Assembly (NCBI RefSeq): GCF_009914755.1
Contig: NC_060926.1
Origin: the human T2T-CHM13v2.0 reference genome, Homo sapiens
Direction: 5' to 3' (one strand)
Length of the DNA stretch: 64,000 nt
In this document: one piece after another, positions 40,651 through 54,830 of the stretch
How positions within the stretch are numbered: position 1 is the stretch's first letter
Layout: each line of letters starts with the position of its first letter
The notes under the pieces: model-generated
The model's database searches: none
The model's input: the letters and a program-made list of their open reading frames with translations, nothing else
Told to the model about the DNA's origin: nothing
Made by a program: the position numbers and the translations under genes

Positions 40651-41049
40651 TTATCTGTGCTACCGCTTAGCTCTGGGTGGCCCACTCTGCTGCTTATGTC
40701 TGGGGTACAGGTGCTCTCCTGATCCTGAATCTGGTAACTCAGCCTGCCTGTGCACCGAGAAAAGACCCCAGTGCCGAGCGTGGCTCCAACATGCTAGGTA
40801 AAAGGAAAGCAAAGACCAAATCGTGCCCACAGGTTGGCAGGCAGTGCTGGCAGGGAAGCCAGCAGCTTCTTATCTCTCCAGTCCTTCCACCATGTCTCAT
40901 CCCTGAACCTTATGATGCATCCGGTAGACTAAGGAGGAAAAGAGGAGCATGGCTCTCTTTGAATAGGTTTCTGCTCTAACCAGGGGGCACACTCTCCCAC
41001 CCCAAACCTACCCTCAATTCCTGAGCCCATTCAACAGAGTCGTCACGGC

Positions 41050-41250
41050 AAACAGCCTGGACAAGATTGACTGGGAAACAGATCCAGCTGCCATCTGCTA
41101 ATTGTGTGACCTTAGGCTAGATGTTTTTCATTTCTTAATTCTCCATTTTCAAATCTGAAAATAGGGATAGTAGAAATATCGGCTGCATACGGTCATTGTG
41201 AAGTGTAAATGATTTTCCTCTGTAAATGCTCCAAGGGCCGCTAAGCAGCC
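41050..41250 (+). mobile_element. MIR
   Basis: ttgtgtgaccttaggctag...tctgaaaatagggatagtag...ggtcattgtgaag. Confidence 0.65.
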
Positions 41251-44200
41251 AGAACTGATGCTGTTTCTGATAATGCGTGTTGGTGGGTCTCTCCTGTCAT
41301 TTTTCATACATTTGTGGCCTTGGCATAACAGTTTCATTTTCACCTGTATGGGTCCATCTCATAAGCTCTTGGGAAACCGGGCCACATGGTGGGCAATTTT
41401 AACATGAAGAAACAGAAACAGGGTGATAACATCTGCCTCTTGAGCAAATGATAAATTATGTTTCCTTTCTGTACCTCCATTTAAAAAAAAGGATGTTAAA
41501 GAAAGATCCCAATAATAACAGTACCAAAGAGCTGTTAACAGGATCAAAATGTGATAACAACAAAAATAATTCCATACATTCTAAAGCACTTTGCTAATGC
41601 CTCTTACTATAACTATTGGGCATGCAAACATAATTTTAGTTGTTGGAATCCATGATTCCTCACTAGAATTCCAGTTTTCCAGAGTAAAAGTCTCAACAAA
41701 CCCAAATAGATTTTCCTCCTCTTCCTCCACCTCTTCCTCCTCCTCTATAATCTGCCCCATCCCTGCAAGGGAATACTCCCACAGAGGCACCCTGTCTTAC
41801 TATGATTATCTTCAACCCCAACCCTTTAGCTACAGAAAAGGACCTGAAGGAATCCCACTCTCAAAGACTTGTCGGAGCCACCTCAAGTTTCCCTTCAAAG
41901 GATACCCTCAAAGTCCCTTTAAAGAGTGTTTAAATGGATAAAACAGGAAAGCCTCTTCAAAGGAACAAATCCTTTTGTGACACGCAAAGTTGTTCTTCCT
42001 GAAAAGGCTAAAAGCACTTTCCCATCAATGATCTCCTGACCCCACACCAATCCTCGGAAGCAGGTATTATCAGCTTGGTTTTGTTGCCAGTGAAACTGAA
42101 GACAAGGGGTTAAATGGCCCATCAGCACTCCACAAAGGCCTTTTGTCATCTGGGAGAAGCTAATCAGGCAAATTCATCTAGGGGCAAACAAAACCCACTA
42201 AAGAAGGGGAGTGTAGACCCTAGAGGTTGTTGGGTATCTCTCTCTCCCCAAAGGCAAAAATAATAAATCAAATCTGCTTAAAGAACTACAGTATAAAGGG
42301 AATGTGGAGGCCTTGGGTATTCCCAAGCCAAATGAGTAACAGAGTCTACAAGAAAAAAAAAATGAGAGTAACACTAGCCAAGTCTGGATTTTCAAACTCC
42401 CTGTTTTAGGAGCCCCACCTGTGGCAGAAAATACCCTCTCTTCCTCAATACCCTCTAGCCTCTCTTGACTCTAGTCCATCGAGCACACCACTGACAGAAG
42501 TCTTCTGTAGTAAAGAAGCCTTCTTTATCATCCTAGATTGTAGCAATCTGCCCCATGCCCTGTTACCTGTGGACTCACCCAAGGGCTTGAGTAAATGTAA
42601 GACCCTCCATCAGTTCATATCCTGCTCCAAGATATTTAATCGATGGAGCCAGCCCAGCAATGCCAAGCTTCTTCCATCACTTCTCTCAAATTCTCTCCAT
42701 CTTTCAGCACCTGTGCAGACTCTGATCTCCTCCAAAAAGGCTTTTCTTGCCTCTTCCCTCCCAAACTCCACAGCCCCGATTCTGAACTTGGTCCTTCAAC
42801 AGCTGAGTATTTATTAAGTTCTCACTGTTTGCCAGGCATAGTTGATGGGAGGAACATGTAGGGACCCTTTTATTTCTGCCTTTCCTAAAGATTGTGTGGT
42901 CCTTTATACCGATCCCATCTCTTTATTTGTGTAGCCTAGGCCTGCCCGTGCACAATAGCACTTCTTTTCTCTGAAAGTCCAGCGTGCTGGATGCCTAGAT
43001 GGAGAAGTGGGGGTAAAAGAACCAAGGCAGAAATGGAGTGGGAGAGTCTCAGTTCAACATTGCCCCAGCAGGAGACCTACCCACAGAGACCACGAAACAT
43101 CCCTGCCAGGAGTGCCTGGACTTTGCCACCTGCAGCTTTGGAGGCTGGCTGGTGGCTGTGGGGACTACCAAAAGCATGTGCAAACCACCCAAGTTTGACC
43201 ACTTCATAAGAACTCAGCCATTAGCAGCTGGGCTTAGTATTCCATCACCTCACCACCCCCAACACCCAACCCCAAGCTCTCTCCTTTCTCTGCAGGAAGG
43301 ATGAGATCTAGGGAACTGATATCCTTCAGGAAGGATCTTCAATACTGGCATTTGGAATCTATACTTACATTTCTGCATTTCCCTATATGTGCTTTAGCAC
43401 ACATTTTCTCAGTTAGTTTGCACAACAATGGCCTGCAGGAGATTTTACTCTCCTTAATGGTATTATACAAGCAGAGGTAGTAAGAAACAAAGTGGGCTGG
43501 AAGGCTCTCTGAACACAAGTGCCTCCCTGTGGGCCTGAACCCAGGGCTGAAATCCCACCGTGATGATCAACTCTGGAGGAGGTGGGAGGACACACTCCAG
43601 AGCATGGAGGGGGTGGGCAGGATACACCCACATAGCAAAGTGAGATACATTGGAAAGGGAACTTGAAGGGGATGTTGTATAAGAGGGCATTTCAGGGGGG
43701 CATGGCTGGAGGAAAGCCCAGATTTTAAACATGTGTTCCTGCTATTATTCAGAGTTTGCACAGCACTTTTAATTACAGGAGAGCCACAAACAAGGAATGC
43801 CCATGGGTCGTCATGACTGGTTCCATTTTTAACATGGTGAGAGGTGGGCATGGATGGGTTCATTTTGTGCCAGGAAGGGCGAGCCAAGCTCCCACAGACT
43901 TCAGATTTCCAACCTGCTGCATCACATCAGCTGTTTATGCTGCCTCCAGCCTCCCTGAGGACCGAGGCTCAGGAGTTGGCCATGGCCTAGGTCACACTGC
44001 CCCCTACACAGATGCCCATCCCCAGGCTGGCTGTGCTAAATATCAGCATGGGAGAGCCAAGCAGGGGCTTCTACTTCCCTAGAAAAAGGCGGGTTGCTAC
44101 AATAGAACACTCCAACCACTCCCTCCAGATGTAAGAGTTTATAGCCAGACAGGCCTGGGTCTGACCCAGCTCTTCTCTGGGACACAATCACGAAGATGGG

Positions 44201-45459
44201 AGGATGGACGGATGTTTCAGAAGGTCAGGCTAAGACGTGGTCCAGTAGCCTAGCAGAGGTCCATCAGGTGTCGCCAGTTGCACTGTCACTTGTCCTAAGC
44301 TGTGGAGCCTACATTTCTGTCAAAATCCTGGAGCAAGGCTTATTTTCCAAGTAGCTGTTAATGTGGCCAATATCGAATCCCTTCTACATCAGAGTCCCAA
44401 CCAAAGCATTCCTTTCATCAGCTGGAAGTCAGAAATGTTTTTTTTATTTCCCCCAGGTCATCCAGTTTGGTACAGTGATCATTATTTCCTACCAATTTTG
44501 AATTTTGCATTTAATTAATTGACTTTGTCAGTTGGCATGCAACCTTTAAAAAATTTACTGAAATGCCAGCCTTGAAAGAAAAAAAAAATCATTTGATGAA
44601 TGTAATCAGAGTGTCAGCAAAAGCACAAATGTTCCCATGGGTCTATTACAATACTGGAGGTTCACAACTGATCACTCGAGAATGTGCAAATTCATGCAGC
44701 CTGATATTTACTAGCTAAGCAAGTGTCATCTATTCCATGCCTCATGCATGTCCAGAGAGCCACACCTGTGTCCCGGAAACTACCAAAGCCTGAAACTGGT
44801 TAAAGTGAGTGAGTAAATAAAAGCAAAAACCACCGAATTTAAAAAATAAAAACAGTGGTAGGCCAAGAACATGGATTTCATCCCACAGAAATGCAGAACT
44901 AAACAAGAACCTAAGACCACCCTCTCTTTGCTTACTGCACAGTTGCATGGCAGAAAAGAAAAATATAACCAGAATAGGACGCTGTCAGCAATTGACCTCA
45001 GGTGCCATCTGCATATATTCCTGGCACTGCTAATTTGCAATTAACAAGGGCCTTATGTTTTATCGCCTGTAACTTCCTGTCTTCAAGTCTGAGGGAGGGG
45101 GTTTAGCAGAAGGGAACATGCAGGTGGGTGGTGAGCCTTCTCAAAAACAAATAATTCTGCTTTTTGATACTGAATCACTGGTATGTAAGCTGCTCTCTCA
45201 AGCTAATAAAAGGTCATTCATAGAAGGGAAATGGAATGGTTCCATTATGTCATTGTGTGAAGCAACTCCTCAAAAGCATGGCAGTACATTGCGGAGTTGA
45301 GGAGTGAGCCATGCCCCAGGCTGGTGATCTCTGTCCACGCTAGACACAATCCATATTGAAAATCCATGTGGATGTGCAAACTCCTCACCTGTCGGAATAG
45401 GCAGAGGAGACTGAAATCTTCGGGAAGCCTGTGGGCCCAGGAGAGTACACAGAATGGAT

Positions 45460-45655
45460 TATAGGTTTGGCCCATCCCTGGCTTCTGATCCTGGATCTGC
45501 CACTTACCAGCTATGTGAACTTTGGCAAATGACTTAACTTCTCTGTGCCTCAATTTCCTCATGTATCAAATAGTATTGAAAGCTCATTGTGACAATTAAC
45601 TAAGATCATTGTGAAGTGTCTGACACAAAATATGTACTTGTAAGGGTGGGTAACT
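45460..45655 (+). mobile_element. MIR
   Basis: ctgccacttaccagctatgtgaactttggcaaatgacttaacttctctgtgcctcaatttcctcat. Confidence 0.85.
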
Positions 45656-47204
45656 ACATGTCAGGCACTTTTGCTAGAACTTTATTTGGTTGTCTCAAAG
45701 TTTATGTATCATTTAAAAATATTTCATCCATGTTTTCTTAGAAGAACAAAGCCCTTTATGCCCATTTTACTGAAACAGTAGTGAGATTCTCCATGGCTTC
45801 CTCACACTGCTCCAGTGTGGACACAGTCTTGGATGCTGCCGTGGGAACGCTGAGTTTGTCCAACATGGACATGGCCAGCTCTCTAGAACAAATGACTTCA
45901 CCAGGCAGTCAAGAAGGCATAGGTCACTTCTATATTCCAATTACTATTATCAGAACAGCTCATTGCCTAATTTGACCTTGTTCTTAACAAACAAACAACA
46001 ACAACAAAGAAAACATTGGAGTGAAAGCTCGAGAGAATTATGTGGTGAATCCAGCTGATCTGTGATGTGAAAGTGAAGAACTGATTGAAAGAAATTAATC
46101 TTTTTTTGCTTAACATTGGACAATCTATGTAGCAACAGAGACCTGCTGGAGTTGACAGAAGGCTGATGTAAAGCGACATAGCTAATCAGTAGTAAACTGG
46201 GAAATCATAGCCTATTCCAATGCAACAACTAGTTGTTTAATAAAGGCCAAATAAGTAAGAATAGCAACAATAAGGCAAGATGCTAATCATATATTCTACC
46301 TCTGTCTAACAGCCAAGTCAGCAGATAAGCAGGGATGCGGAAGGTTTAAGTTAAAGTCTCCATGACACTCAGGAAAATATAACTCCCTCCAAAGCTGGTA
46401 GAGAACTGCAGGTGCTTCTGCATCATCCCAAATCCCTGCCACTTACAGAAAGAGCATTTCGTGGTGGTAGTGGCTGGGACACAATTCCCTTGAACACCCA
46501 CTCCCGGGCCAAGACATCAGGACATGACTCATCTGGAGTGAACAAGGCAATTTTCTGTGGGGAAAACGTGTCTCCACCCCAGATGTTAGCCAAGTTCTGC
46601 CTAATTAAGTAAAATTCTGTGAGCCTGCACACGTACCAGCAATGCCTGCACTTTCCCTTTAACAACTGTGGGAAAAAATAACACTGGACAAGGGGGAGAG
46701 ATTGTGTGCTGGCACATGCGCGAGAATCAAAGGCAATTGGTGAATGTCAATTATTTGTACAAAGGTAATTGGCCAGGAAGTTACCATTAATTATATCTAA
46801 GGATTTTATGCTCCACAGAAAGGTCAATGTAATTCAAGATGTACTTATTGATCATCTACCACCACGTACAAGGAGATTCTGAAAAAAAATGTTTGGGGTC
46901 AGTATGTGGAAAAATAGGGACTTGTGATGAAAGGAAGTGAACAAAAATGTCAAGGAAAACATATCTTCTCTGATAAGCTTTTAATTTTGTGAGAAAATCT
47001 GCAAGGACAACCATTATATAAGATAGAATACATAGGAGTTAAAGAAAAATTAAGGAAACTTTCTATAAAAGAACAGAGAAAGAACTTACTAATTCTCACT
47101 GGGAACGAAGTTGGAGGGGCTTCACAGAGACATTTATAAATGATGCCCCTGCTAGCTGTTTTATAAATTATACCCCCTACTAGCAATTATACCCTTACTA
47201 GAGA

Positions 47205-47456
47205 ATGTCACAGGAAGATGAAGGCAGAGGCTAGGCTGACACTTCCACAAGTCAAGGAACACGAGATTGCTGGCAAACAACCGTCAGGCGGGAGACGGGC
47301 ATGGAAGAGACTCTTCCTCACGGTCTTCCAAAAAAACCACCCCTGCCAACATCTTGATCTCTGACTTCTGGACTCCATAACTCTGAGATGATAACTTTCT
47401 GTTGTTTAAGTGACCCAGTTTATGGTACTTGGTTATGGCAGCCCTAAGACAACATG
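47205..47456 (+). mobile_element. MLT1C-like LTR, 3' half
   Basis: ccctgccaacatcttgatctctgacttctgg...ttctgttgtttaagtgacccagtttatggtacttggttatggcagcccta. Confidence 0.82.
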
Positions 47457-47540
47457 TTTGCCATTTTGGAAGGCAGTCTCCTAGGGTTCAAGATCTAAGC
47501 CAAGGTTCTCCAGAAATTTGCAAGGAGATTCATTGAGGTA

Positions 47541-47638
47541 CAGGAAGAAACTTCTAGGACTTCTAGATATCTCATTAGTTTAAGATTTCAGGAAGAAACT
47601 TCTAGGACTTCTAGATAGCTCATTAGTTTAAGATTTCA
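47541..47638. repeat. 48-bp tandem duplication (2 copies, 1 mismatch)
   Basis: caggaagaaacttctaggacttctagata(t/g)ctcattagtttaagattt at 47541-47588 and 47589-47636. Confidence 0.95.
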
Positions 47639-47735
47639 ATTTTAGCTTATGTTTTAAAGCACTATACATTAATGCAATGATATATCATTTACAAATAATT
47701 ATACATATATAAGATACTTTATTAAAAATACTTTA

Positions 47736-48230
<495 letters not shown>

Positions 48231-48849
48231 TTAGTGGTACTTTACAGTTTCCTGGGTGCTTTCGTGTGGCTAAAGGAAGATGAGGACAATCCATCATCCA
48301 AGGACGTTCTATTCTAGTCTTAGGGTAAGGAGCCCAGTGCTGTGGGTGTACACTGCCCTGTGTTTCAAGAACCATATTTTGCCATTTCTCCCCATAGGCC
48401 TTTCAAACAGCCAGCACAGAGGAGAGAGTGAACAAATCTGGGGGCTTTTATTAACTAAAAGCCATATTTTTACCCACGCCTTTCTTTCTTCTGCCCAGTC
48501 TTATGCCCACTTAGAATGACCGCTTTCCATCGCCTACCTGTCCGGATGCAGACCCTAATTATACTTCCAGGCAGACATCAAGTGCCCTGAGCAGACCTTT
48601 CCCTCAGTACCTGAGGGCTCTGTGAACCTCTTTGAACCTATGGGTTAGGATCAAAAAAATGAACCTTTCATGAAGACCTGACTGAACTCTTATTGAATGT
48701 ATGGTAGGTATCCAGACAACTTCAACTAGAAAACAGCTGTGTTCCTTGAGGCCACAGACAATGGAACATACCATGCTTCTCTGGGGTGAAGCTAAGATGA
48801 ACCTCATTGATCACATGAAGGGCACTGGAAATTTGAGAGCATTTCTCTT

Positions 48850-49070
48850 TAGTTGTGGAACACTCTGGACTTTGGTGTCAGATTGACCTAGATTTGAATT
48901 CTGGGTCTGACACAAATTTCATGGCCTGGAGCCAGTTACTGCACCTTTCTGAGCCCCAGCTCCCTCACTTGTATGATATAGACAACACTTCCCTTCTCAG
49001 GTCCAGGGGGCATTCAGTGAGCTAATGCACAAAAGATCTGGTCCACAGTGACTGCTTAAAAAACATCCAA
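48850..49070 (+). mobile_element. MIR
   Basis: ggactttggtgtcagattgacctagatttgaattctgggtctgacac...acctttctgagccccagctccctcact. Confidence 0.75.
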
Positions 49071-50049
49071 CAAGCGCCTCTGAACCTGTCTCTCATTCTG
49101 TTCATTATGCTCATTCCATCTCTCTGGTCTGCTAGCCAATGACCTTCTTCTAAACACAGCAATATTTAGAACACTGCTAGGTATTCTATGGAAGAATAGG
49201 TTCTTTTTAAAGGAAGCATAGTTTGAATGAGCCTGCCTTCCTATGGCCCCTTTCTCGGTAGAGTTATTCAATTTAATGATGACTCTGATGACAGACGTAA
49301 AAGGTATGTGTCACCCACGTGATTCTAGCATCTTCCTTCATTGTGTCTCAAAAGAGTTGAGGGAGAGCTGGCTCAATCCCCATTTGATATAAATTTGTAT
49401 TTGATATTTGAAGATGATGGGTTCATTTCTAGCTTCTTCTAAGTGGAACAGCTAATAAGTCAATAATGTCAGGAGGACCAATTAAACAAGATTTATCAAT
49501 GGCAAGTGTTGGGAGGCTGGCATGGGTAGAGTGGAAGGCAGAGGACAGGAAGTGGGAACTCTGCCTCAGCCAAGAGGAAGTCAAGACTCTATGAAGGAGA
49601 TCATGGATATCCAAGTCATTACTTCCCTCTGGAGCCATCAGTGGGGTTTGTGGCTCTCTAAGGAAACTTTTCGTGAGCTTTTGCTGGTTAACTCATGACT
49701 CTCTGGACATAGATCTTAGCCCTGTGGCTCAGGCCCCGTTTAGCTGGGTATCTCAGGGAAGGCAGCATTCTCGTGGGCCTCTGGGATACATCTAAAAATA
49801 TTGGATCTGTGATCAAGTCCCTTGACTCTTTGGTACTGACTGTAAGGAGATGGGAAGACATTGAGAGGATGGAGTTTAGTTTGGAACAGCGAGAGACTAC
49901 ATTAAGAAGTGAATAGCAGGACAGGTTGACAGAACGCAAGCAGTGAAGAAAACAGAAAACTCAAAACTGTTGACCAGACCTCACCCATCCAAGGACATCA
50001 TTCCAGCAATAACCCCTCCCCACAATATGATTCCTTTTCCATCTGCACT

Positions 50050-50855
50050 AGGACACTCACATCGGCGTCAATACGATATTGCTCCTCTCATCCTGAGAAA
50101 GTCTTTTCCCGACACCACTTGCCCCTCCAGCTCTCATCCCTTTCTCTGTTTCCCTTTCAGGAAATCTTCCTGAGAGTGTCTTCTAAACAAAGGGCATCAA
50201 TCCTCAGCTCCCATCCTCCCTTATGTCTTCAGACCTGCACCCTCTTCACACACTGCAGTTGCCCCTGGCAAGGTGGCCGATAGCCACCATGGAATGCAGT
50301 CACAAAAGCAGCAGTTGACATTGTTGACCTCTCCTTACTCCTGGAAACGCTTTGCTCACCTGCCTTCTAGGGCACCACATGCCTTTGCTTTTCTCACTGG
50401 ATACCCCTTTTCAGTCTCTTTTGCCGATTTTAAATTTCTCCCCCAACATCTTAACATGGTACTTCCCCAGGGCTCAGTCCTTGGAATTCATCTCCCTTCA
50501 GTATACATTTGTCTCACCTGGTCTCACGTGCCAAGGATTCTAAAATTGTGTATCTCCACTATGAACCTCTCCAGGAAGCTCTAAATGTGTATAGCCACCT
50601 ATCTGCTTGATAGCTCTACTTGGATATCTGATAGAAATCTGAAATGTAATCTATCCAAAATTAAGGCTTGATCTTCCACCCCTCACTGTGCCCCACTTGA
50701 AGTCTTTTGAGTTAATGGAAATTTATCTTCCAGTTGCTCAGGCCGAAGAGTTTAGATTTAGATTCTCTCTTGACTCCTCTTTTTTCTTCTCGTACTCCAA
50801 TCTTACCTGCCAGTAAATCACATTGACATTACCTTTAAAACACACTCAGAGTGAA
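50050..50855 (+). mobile_element. L2 (L2a-like) internal fragment
   Basis: cagcagttgacattgttgacc...cctggaaac...ccccagggctcagtccttgga...ctctacttggatatctgatag...ccagttgctcaggcc. Confidence 0.8.
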
Positions 50856-50913
50856 ATGCAGGCCTATTTAAAGGAATGTAACATAATTCAGAGTTTCTAT
50901 GTTACATTATAAA

Positions 50914-53282
50914 CACCAGCATTACCTCAAAGATATTGCAGGTTCAGTTCTAGACGACTGCAATAAAGTTAAGGGCACAATAAAGAGAGTCATACTAATT
51001 TTTTACTTTCCCAGTGCATATCAAAGTTATGTAGTCTATTAAGTTTGCTATAATATTATGCCTAAAAATGTACACACCTTAATTTAAGAATACTTTATTT
51101 ATTGCTAAAAACTGCTAACAATCATCTGAGCCTTCAGTGAGTTGTAATCTTTTTGCTGGTGGATGGTCTTGCCTCAATGCTGATGGCTGCTGACTGATCA
51201 GGGTGGTGGTTGCTGAAGGCTGGGGTGGCTGTGGCAATTTCTTAAAATAGACAATGAAGTTTGTCACATCAATTGACTCTCTATCATGAAAGATTTTTCT
51301 GTATCAAGTGATGCTGTTTGATAGGATTTTGCCCAGAGTAGAACTTCTTTCAAAATTCGAGTCACTTCTCTCAAACTCTGCCACTGCTTTATCAACCCAG
51401 TTTATGGAATATTCTGAATCCTTTGTTGTCATTTCAACAATGTTCACAGCACCTTCACAAGGATTAGTTTCCATCTCAAGAAACAACTTTCTCTGCTTAT
51501 CCATAAGAAGCAACTCCTTATCCACCCAAGTTTCATCATGAGATTGCAGGAATTCAGTCCCATCTTCAGACTCCACTTCTACCTCTTCTGTTATCTTTAC
51601 CACATCTGCAGTTACTTCCTCCACAGAAGTTTTGAACCCCTCAAAGTCATTCATGAAGATTGGATTCAACTTTTTCCACATTTCTGTTAACGTGGATATC
51701 TTAACCTCCTCCCATGAATCACCAATGTTCTAAATGGCATCTAGAATGAGGAATCCTTTCAAGAAGGTTTTCAATTGACTTTGCCCAGATCCATCAGAGA
51801 GGAATCACTAGGTACAGCAGCTATAGCCTTACAAAATGTACTCCTTAAATAATATGCCTTCAAAGTCAGAATTACTCCTTAATCCATGGGCTGTAGAATG
51901 GATGTTGCGTTAGCAGGCATGAAAACAATATTAATCTCCGTGTACACCTCCATCAGAGCTCTTGGGTGACTAGGTGCATTGTCAATCGACAGTAACATTT
52001 TCAAAGGACTCTTTTTTTGTGCTAGGTCTCAACAGTGGGCTTAAAACGTTCAGTAAACCATGCTGTAAACAGAGGTGCTTCATTGTTCCTTTTATAGAGC
52101 AGAGGCACAGTCGATCTATCATAATGTTTAAGGACCCTAGGATTTTTGTAATAACAAATGAGCATCATCTTCAACTTGAAAGTCACCGGCTGCATTAGCC
52201 TCTAATAAGTCAGCCTGTCCTTTAAAGCTTTAAAGCCAGGCATTGGCTTTTCCTCTACAGCTATGAAAGTCCTGGATAGTTCCTTATTCCAAGAGAAGGC
52301 TGTTTCATCTACATTGAAAATCTGTTGTTTAGTGGAGCCCCCTTCATCAGTGATCTTAGCTGGATCTTCTGGATGATTTGCTGCAGCTTCTTCATCAGCA
52401 CTTGCTGCTTCACCTTGCACTTCATGTTCTGGAGACGGCTTCTTTCATTAAACCTCATTAACCAATCTCCGCTAGCTTCAAGCTTTTCTTCTGCAGCTTC
52501 CTCACCTCTCTCAGGCTTCATAGAATTGGAGAGAATTAAGACGTTGCTCTGGATTCGGCTTTGGCTTAAGGGAATGTTGTGGCTGCTCTGGTCTTCTTTC
52601 CAGACCACTAAAACTTTTTCAATTTCAGCACTCAACCTCTTTTGCTTTCTTATCATTTCAGTGTTCACTGGAGTAGCACTTTTAATTTTCTTCAAAAACT
52701 TTTCCTTTGCATTTGGAACATGGTTAACTGGTGCAAGAAGTTTAGCTTTCAGCCTGCCTCTTCTTTCAACATGCCTTCCTCACTGAGCTTAATCATTTCT
52801 AGCTTTTGATTTAAAGTGAGAGACATACAACTCTTCCTTTCACTTGAACACTTAGAGGCCCTTGTAGGGTTATTAATTGGCCTAATTTCAATACCGTTGT
52901 GTCTTGGGGAATCGAGAGGCCCTAGGAGAGGGAGAGAGATGAGGTGGCCGGTCAGCAGAGCAGTCAGAACACACATGACATTGATGGATGAAGTTGGTCA
53001 TCTTATATGGGCCTGGTTTGTGGTGCCCTAAAACAATGTCAATAGCAACATCAAAGGTCACCGATCACAGATCACCATAACATATATAATGATAAATAAA
53101 GTTTAAAATATTGCGAGGATTATCAAAATGTAACACAGAGACAAATGTGAGCACACACTGTTGGAAAAAATGGGCCAATAGACATGCTTGACCCAGGGTT
53201 GCCACAAACTTTCAATTATTTGTAAAACATGTAATAGCTGGAAAGTTAAATAAGGAAAGCACAATAAAACAAGGAATTCCTG
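50914..53282 (-). mobile_element. Near-full-length Tigger1 (TcMar-Tigger) with disrupted transposase
   Basis: Both terminal regions are present (cagcattacctcaaagatattgcagg...; ...aataaaacaaggaattcctg followed by TA). Minus-strand ORFs give Tigger1 transposase pieces: [11 protein letters not shown] (52749-52976), CENP-B-type HTH region SATPVNT...[18 protein letters not shown] (52309-52695), DDE start [11 protein letters not shown] (52202-52420), and the C-terminal part (51304-51681). Confidence 0.95.
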
Positions 53283-53289
53283 TACATCA

Positions 53290-54420
53290 GGTTTTTCCAA
53301 ACGTTGTGCCTGTCACATCTCTCTCCTCCCCTCCTGGGATCCCAAAGTTATAAATGCTAATCCTGTGACTGGGTCCAACAACTCCCTTATAATCTCTTCT
53401 GCTATTGTCCCATTCTTATTTTTTTTTTCTGTGTGCTTCAATCTGGAAATGTAATGACTTGCTTTGAGGAATTCAAGCTCACTTTTCCTGTCTCTGCTGT
53501 GTCCACTTTACTATTAAAGCCATCCAATGAATGCTAGATCTTTCCTTTGCAATATGTTAGACATTGTTCTTAAAGTCAGATATTGCCTTTGGCAGTTGTA
53601 AAATTCCCATTTGATTCTTTTTTATATAATTCCAATTCTTTGTTGAAATACTCCCTCTCCTCTTCCATGTTGTCTGTCTTTTCATCTCTTTCCTTTAACA
53701 AATGGATCACAGTTATTTTGAAGTCTGTCTTCTAACTGCATCCATTTGCTTTCATGGACTGTTTTTTAAACTTTGACTTTTGGTCACTTTTTCCTACTTC
53801 TTCTTACATCTAGTAATTTATTATTGTGTAATGTACATTGTGGATGATACAATGCAGAGGCTCTGAATTATGCCTTCTTTGTAATGAGGTAGGGTGTTTT
53901 CCTGGAAGGCAGATAAATACCAGTGGGTCATTTTGATCCTGTCAATTCTTGGATTTCAGCTTTCTTAGGGAAGTCTGCTTTGGTTTTGTCGTTAGTCCCT
54001 GGGTGACATGGTTTGGCTGTGTCCCCACTCAAATCTCATCTTGAATTGTAGCTCCCATAATTCCCAGATGCAGTGGGAGGGACCCAGTGGGAGGTAATTG
54101 AGTCATGAGGAGTGGGTTTTTCCCATGCTGTTCTCTTGATAGTGAATAAGTCTCATGAGATCTGATGGTTTTATTAATGGGAGTTCCCCTGCACACACTC
54201 TCTTGACTGCCACCATGTAAGACGTGACTTTGCTCCTCATTCAACTTCCGCCATGATTGTGAGGCCTCTCCAGCCCCTTTCTTTTATAAATTACCCCATC
54301 TTGGGTATGTCTTTATTAGCAGCATGAGAGTAGACTAATACAACCGGTTTACTTTTTATTCCTGGGCATGACTTTCTGGGGTTTCATATAAATGTCTGGG
54401 GGTGTGTGCCAAAGCTCTTA
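53290..54420 (-). mobile_element. Old L1M fragment (ORF1/5' region), split by THE1
   Basis: ctctctcctcccctcctgggatccca...ctgtgtgcttcaatctgg...ctattaaagccatccaatgaa...cattgtggatgatacaatgcagagg. Confidence 0.7.
54004..54342 (+). mobile_element. THE1B-like solo LTR with small internal deletion
   Basis: tgacatggtttggctgtgtcccc...gagttcccctgcacac...gactaataca. Confidence 0.92.
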
Positions 54421-54639
54421 CCTGTAAATGGAAGATACTATCATCTACCATGCATGATTATGATAAAGTTTAATGGACAATAGGATTTGTTCTAAGCACA
54501 ATACACTGAGGTCTATGCATCTAGTCCTCTATCTTCCACTCCCCATTCCTGGGCAAACATCACCTCTCCCTCCCTGCCAGCTTTCCCATCTGCGACACTG
54601 GAGTCCGTTAGGATCATCAAAGAAACTGAGCAAGGCACC

Positions 54640-54830
54640 TGAGCCCTGTGTTCAGGAGGACCTGAGGACAAGGCCCAGGAAGTTCCTCAGTTTCTCTGAG
54701 TCTCAGGTTCTTCATCCAGAAAGTGGCAATAATAATGTCTATTCTGGAATATTGTTACGAAGATGTATTTAAAGCAACTAACATAGTTTCTGGGAAGCAA
54801 TCAGGTTGCAAATAAGGATATCCATGTTAA
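54640..54830 (+). mobile_element. MIR fragment
   Basis: tctctgagtctcaggttcttcatccagaaagtggcaataataat. Confidence 0.6.

Noticed and set aside
40975-40993. CTCF-like core ccagggggca (also at ~49003)
   Set aside because: The strongly conserved upstream C of the motif is missing in both, so they are too weak to call.
51304-52976. TIGD1-like ORFs as a real gene
   Set aside because: They are broken across several frames with stops and lie inside a complete Tigger1 element, so this is a transposon fossil.
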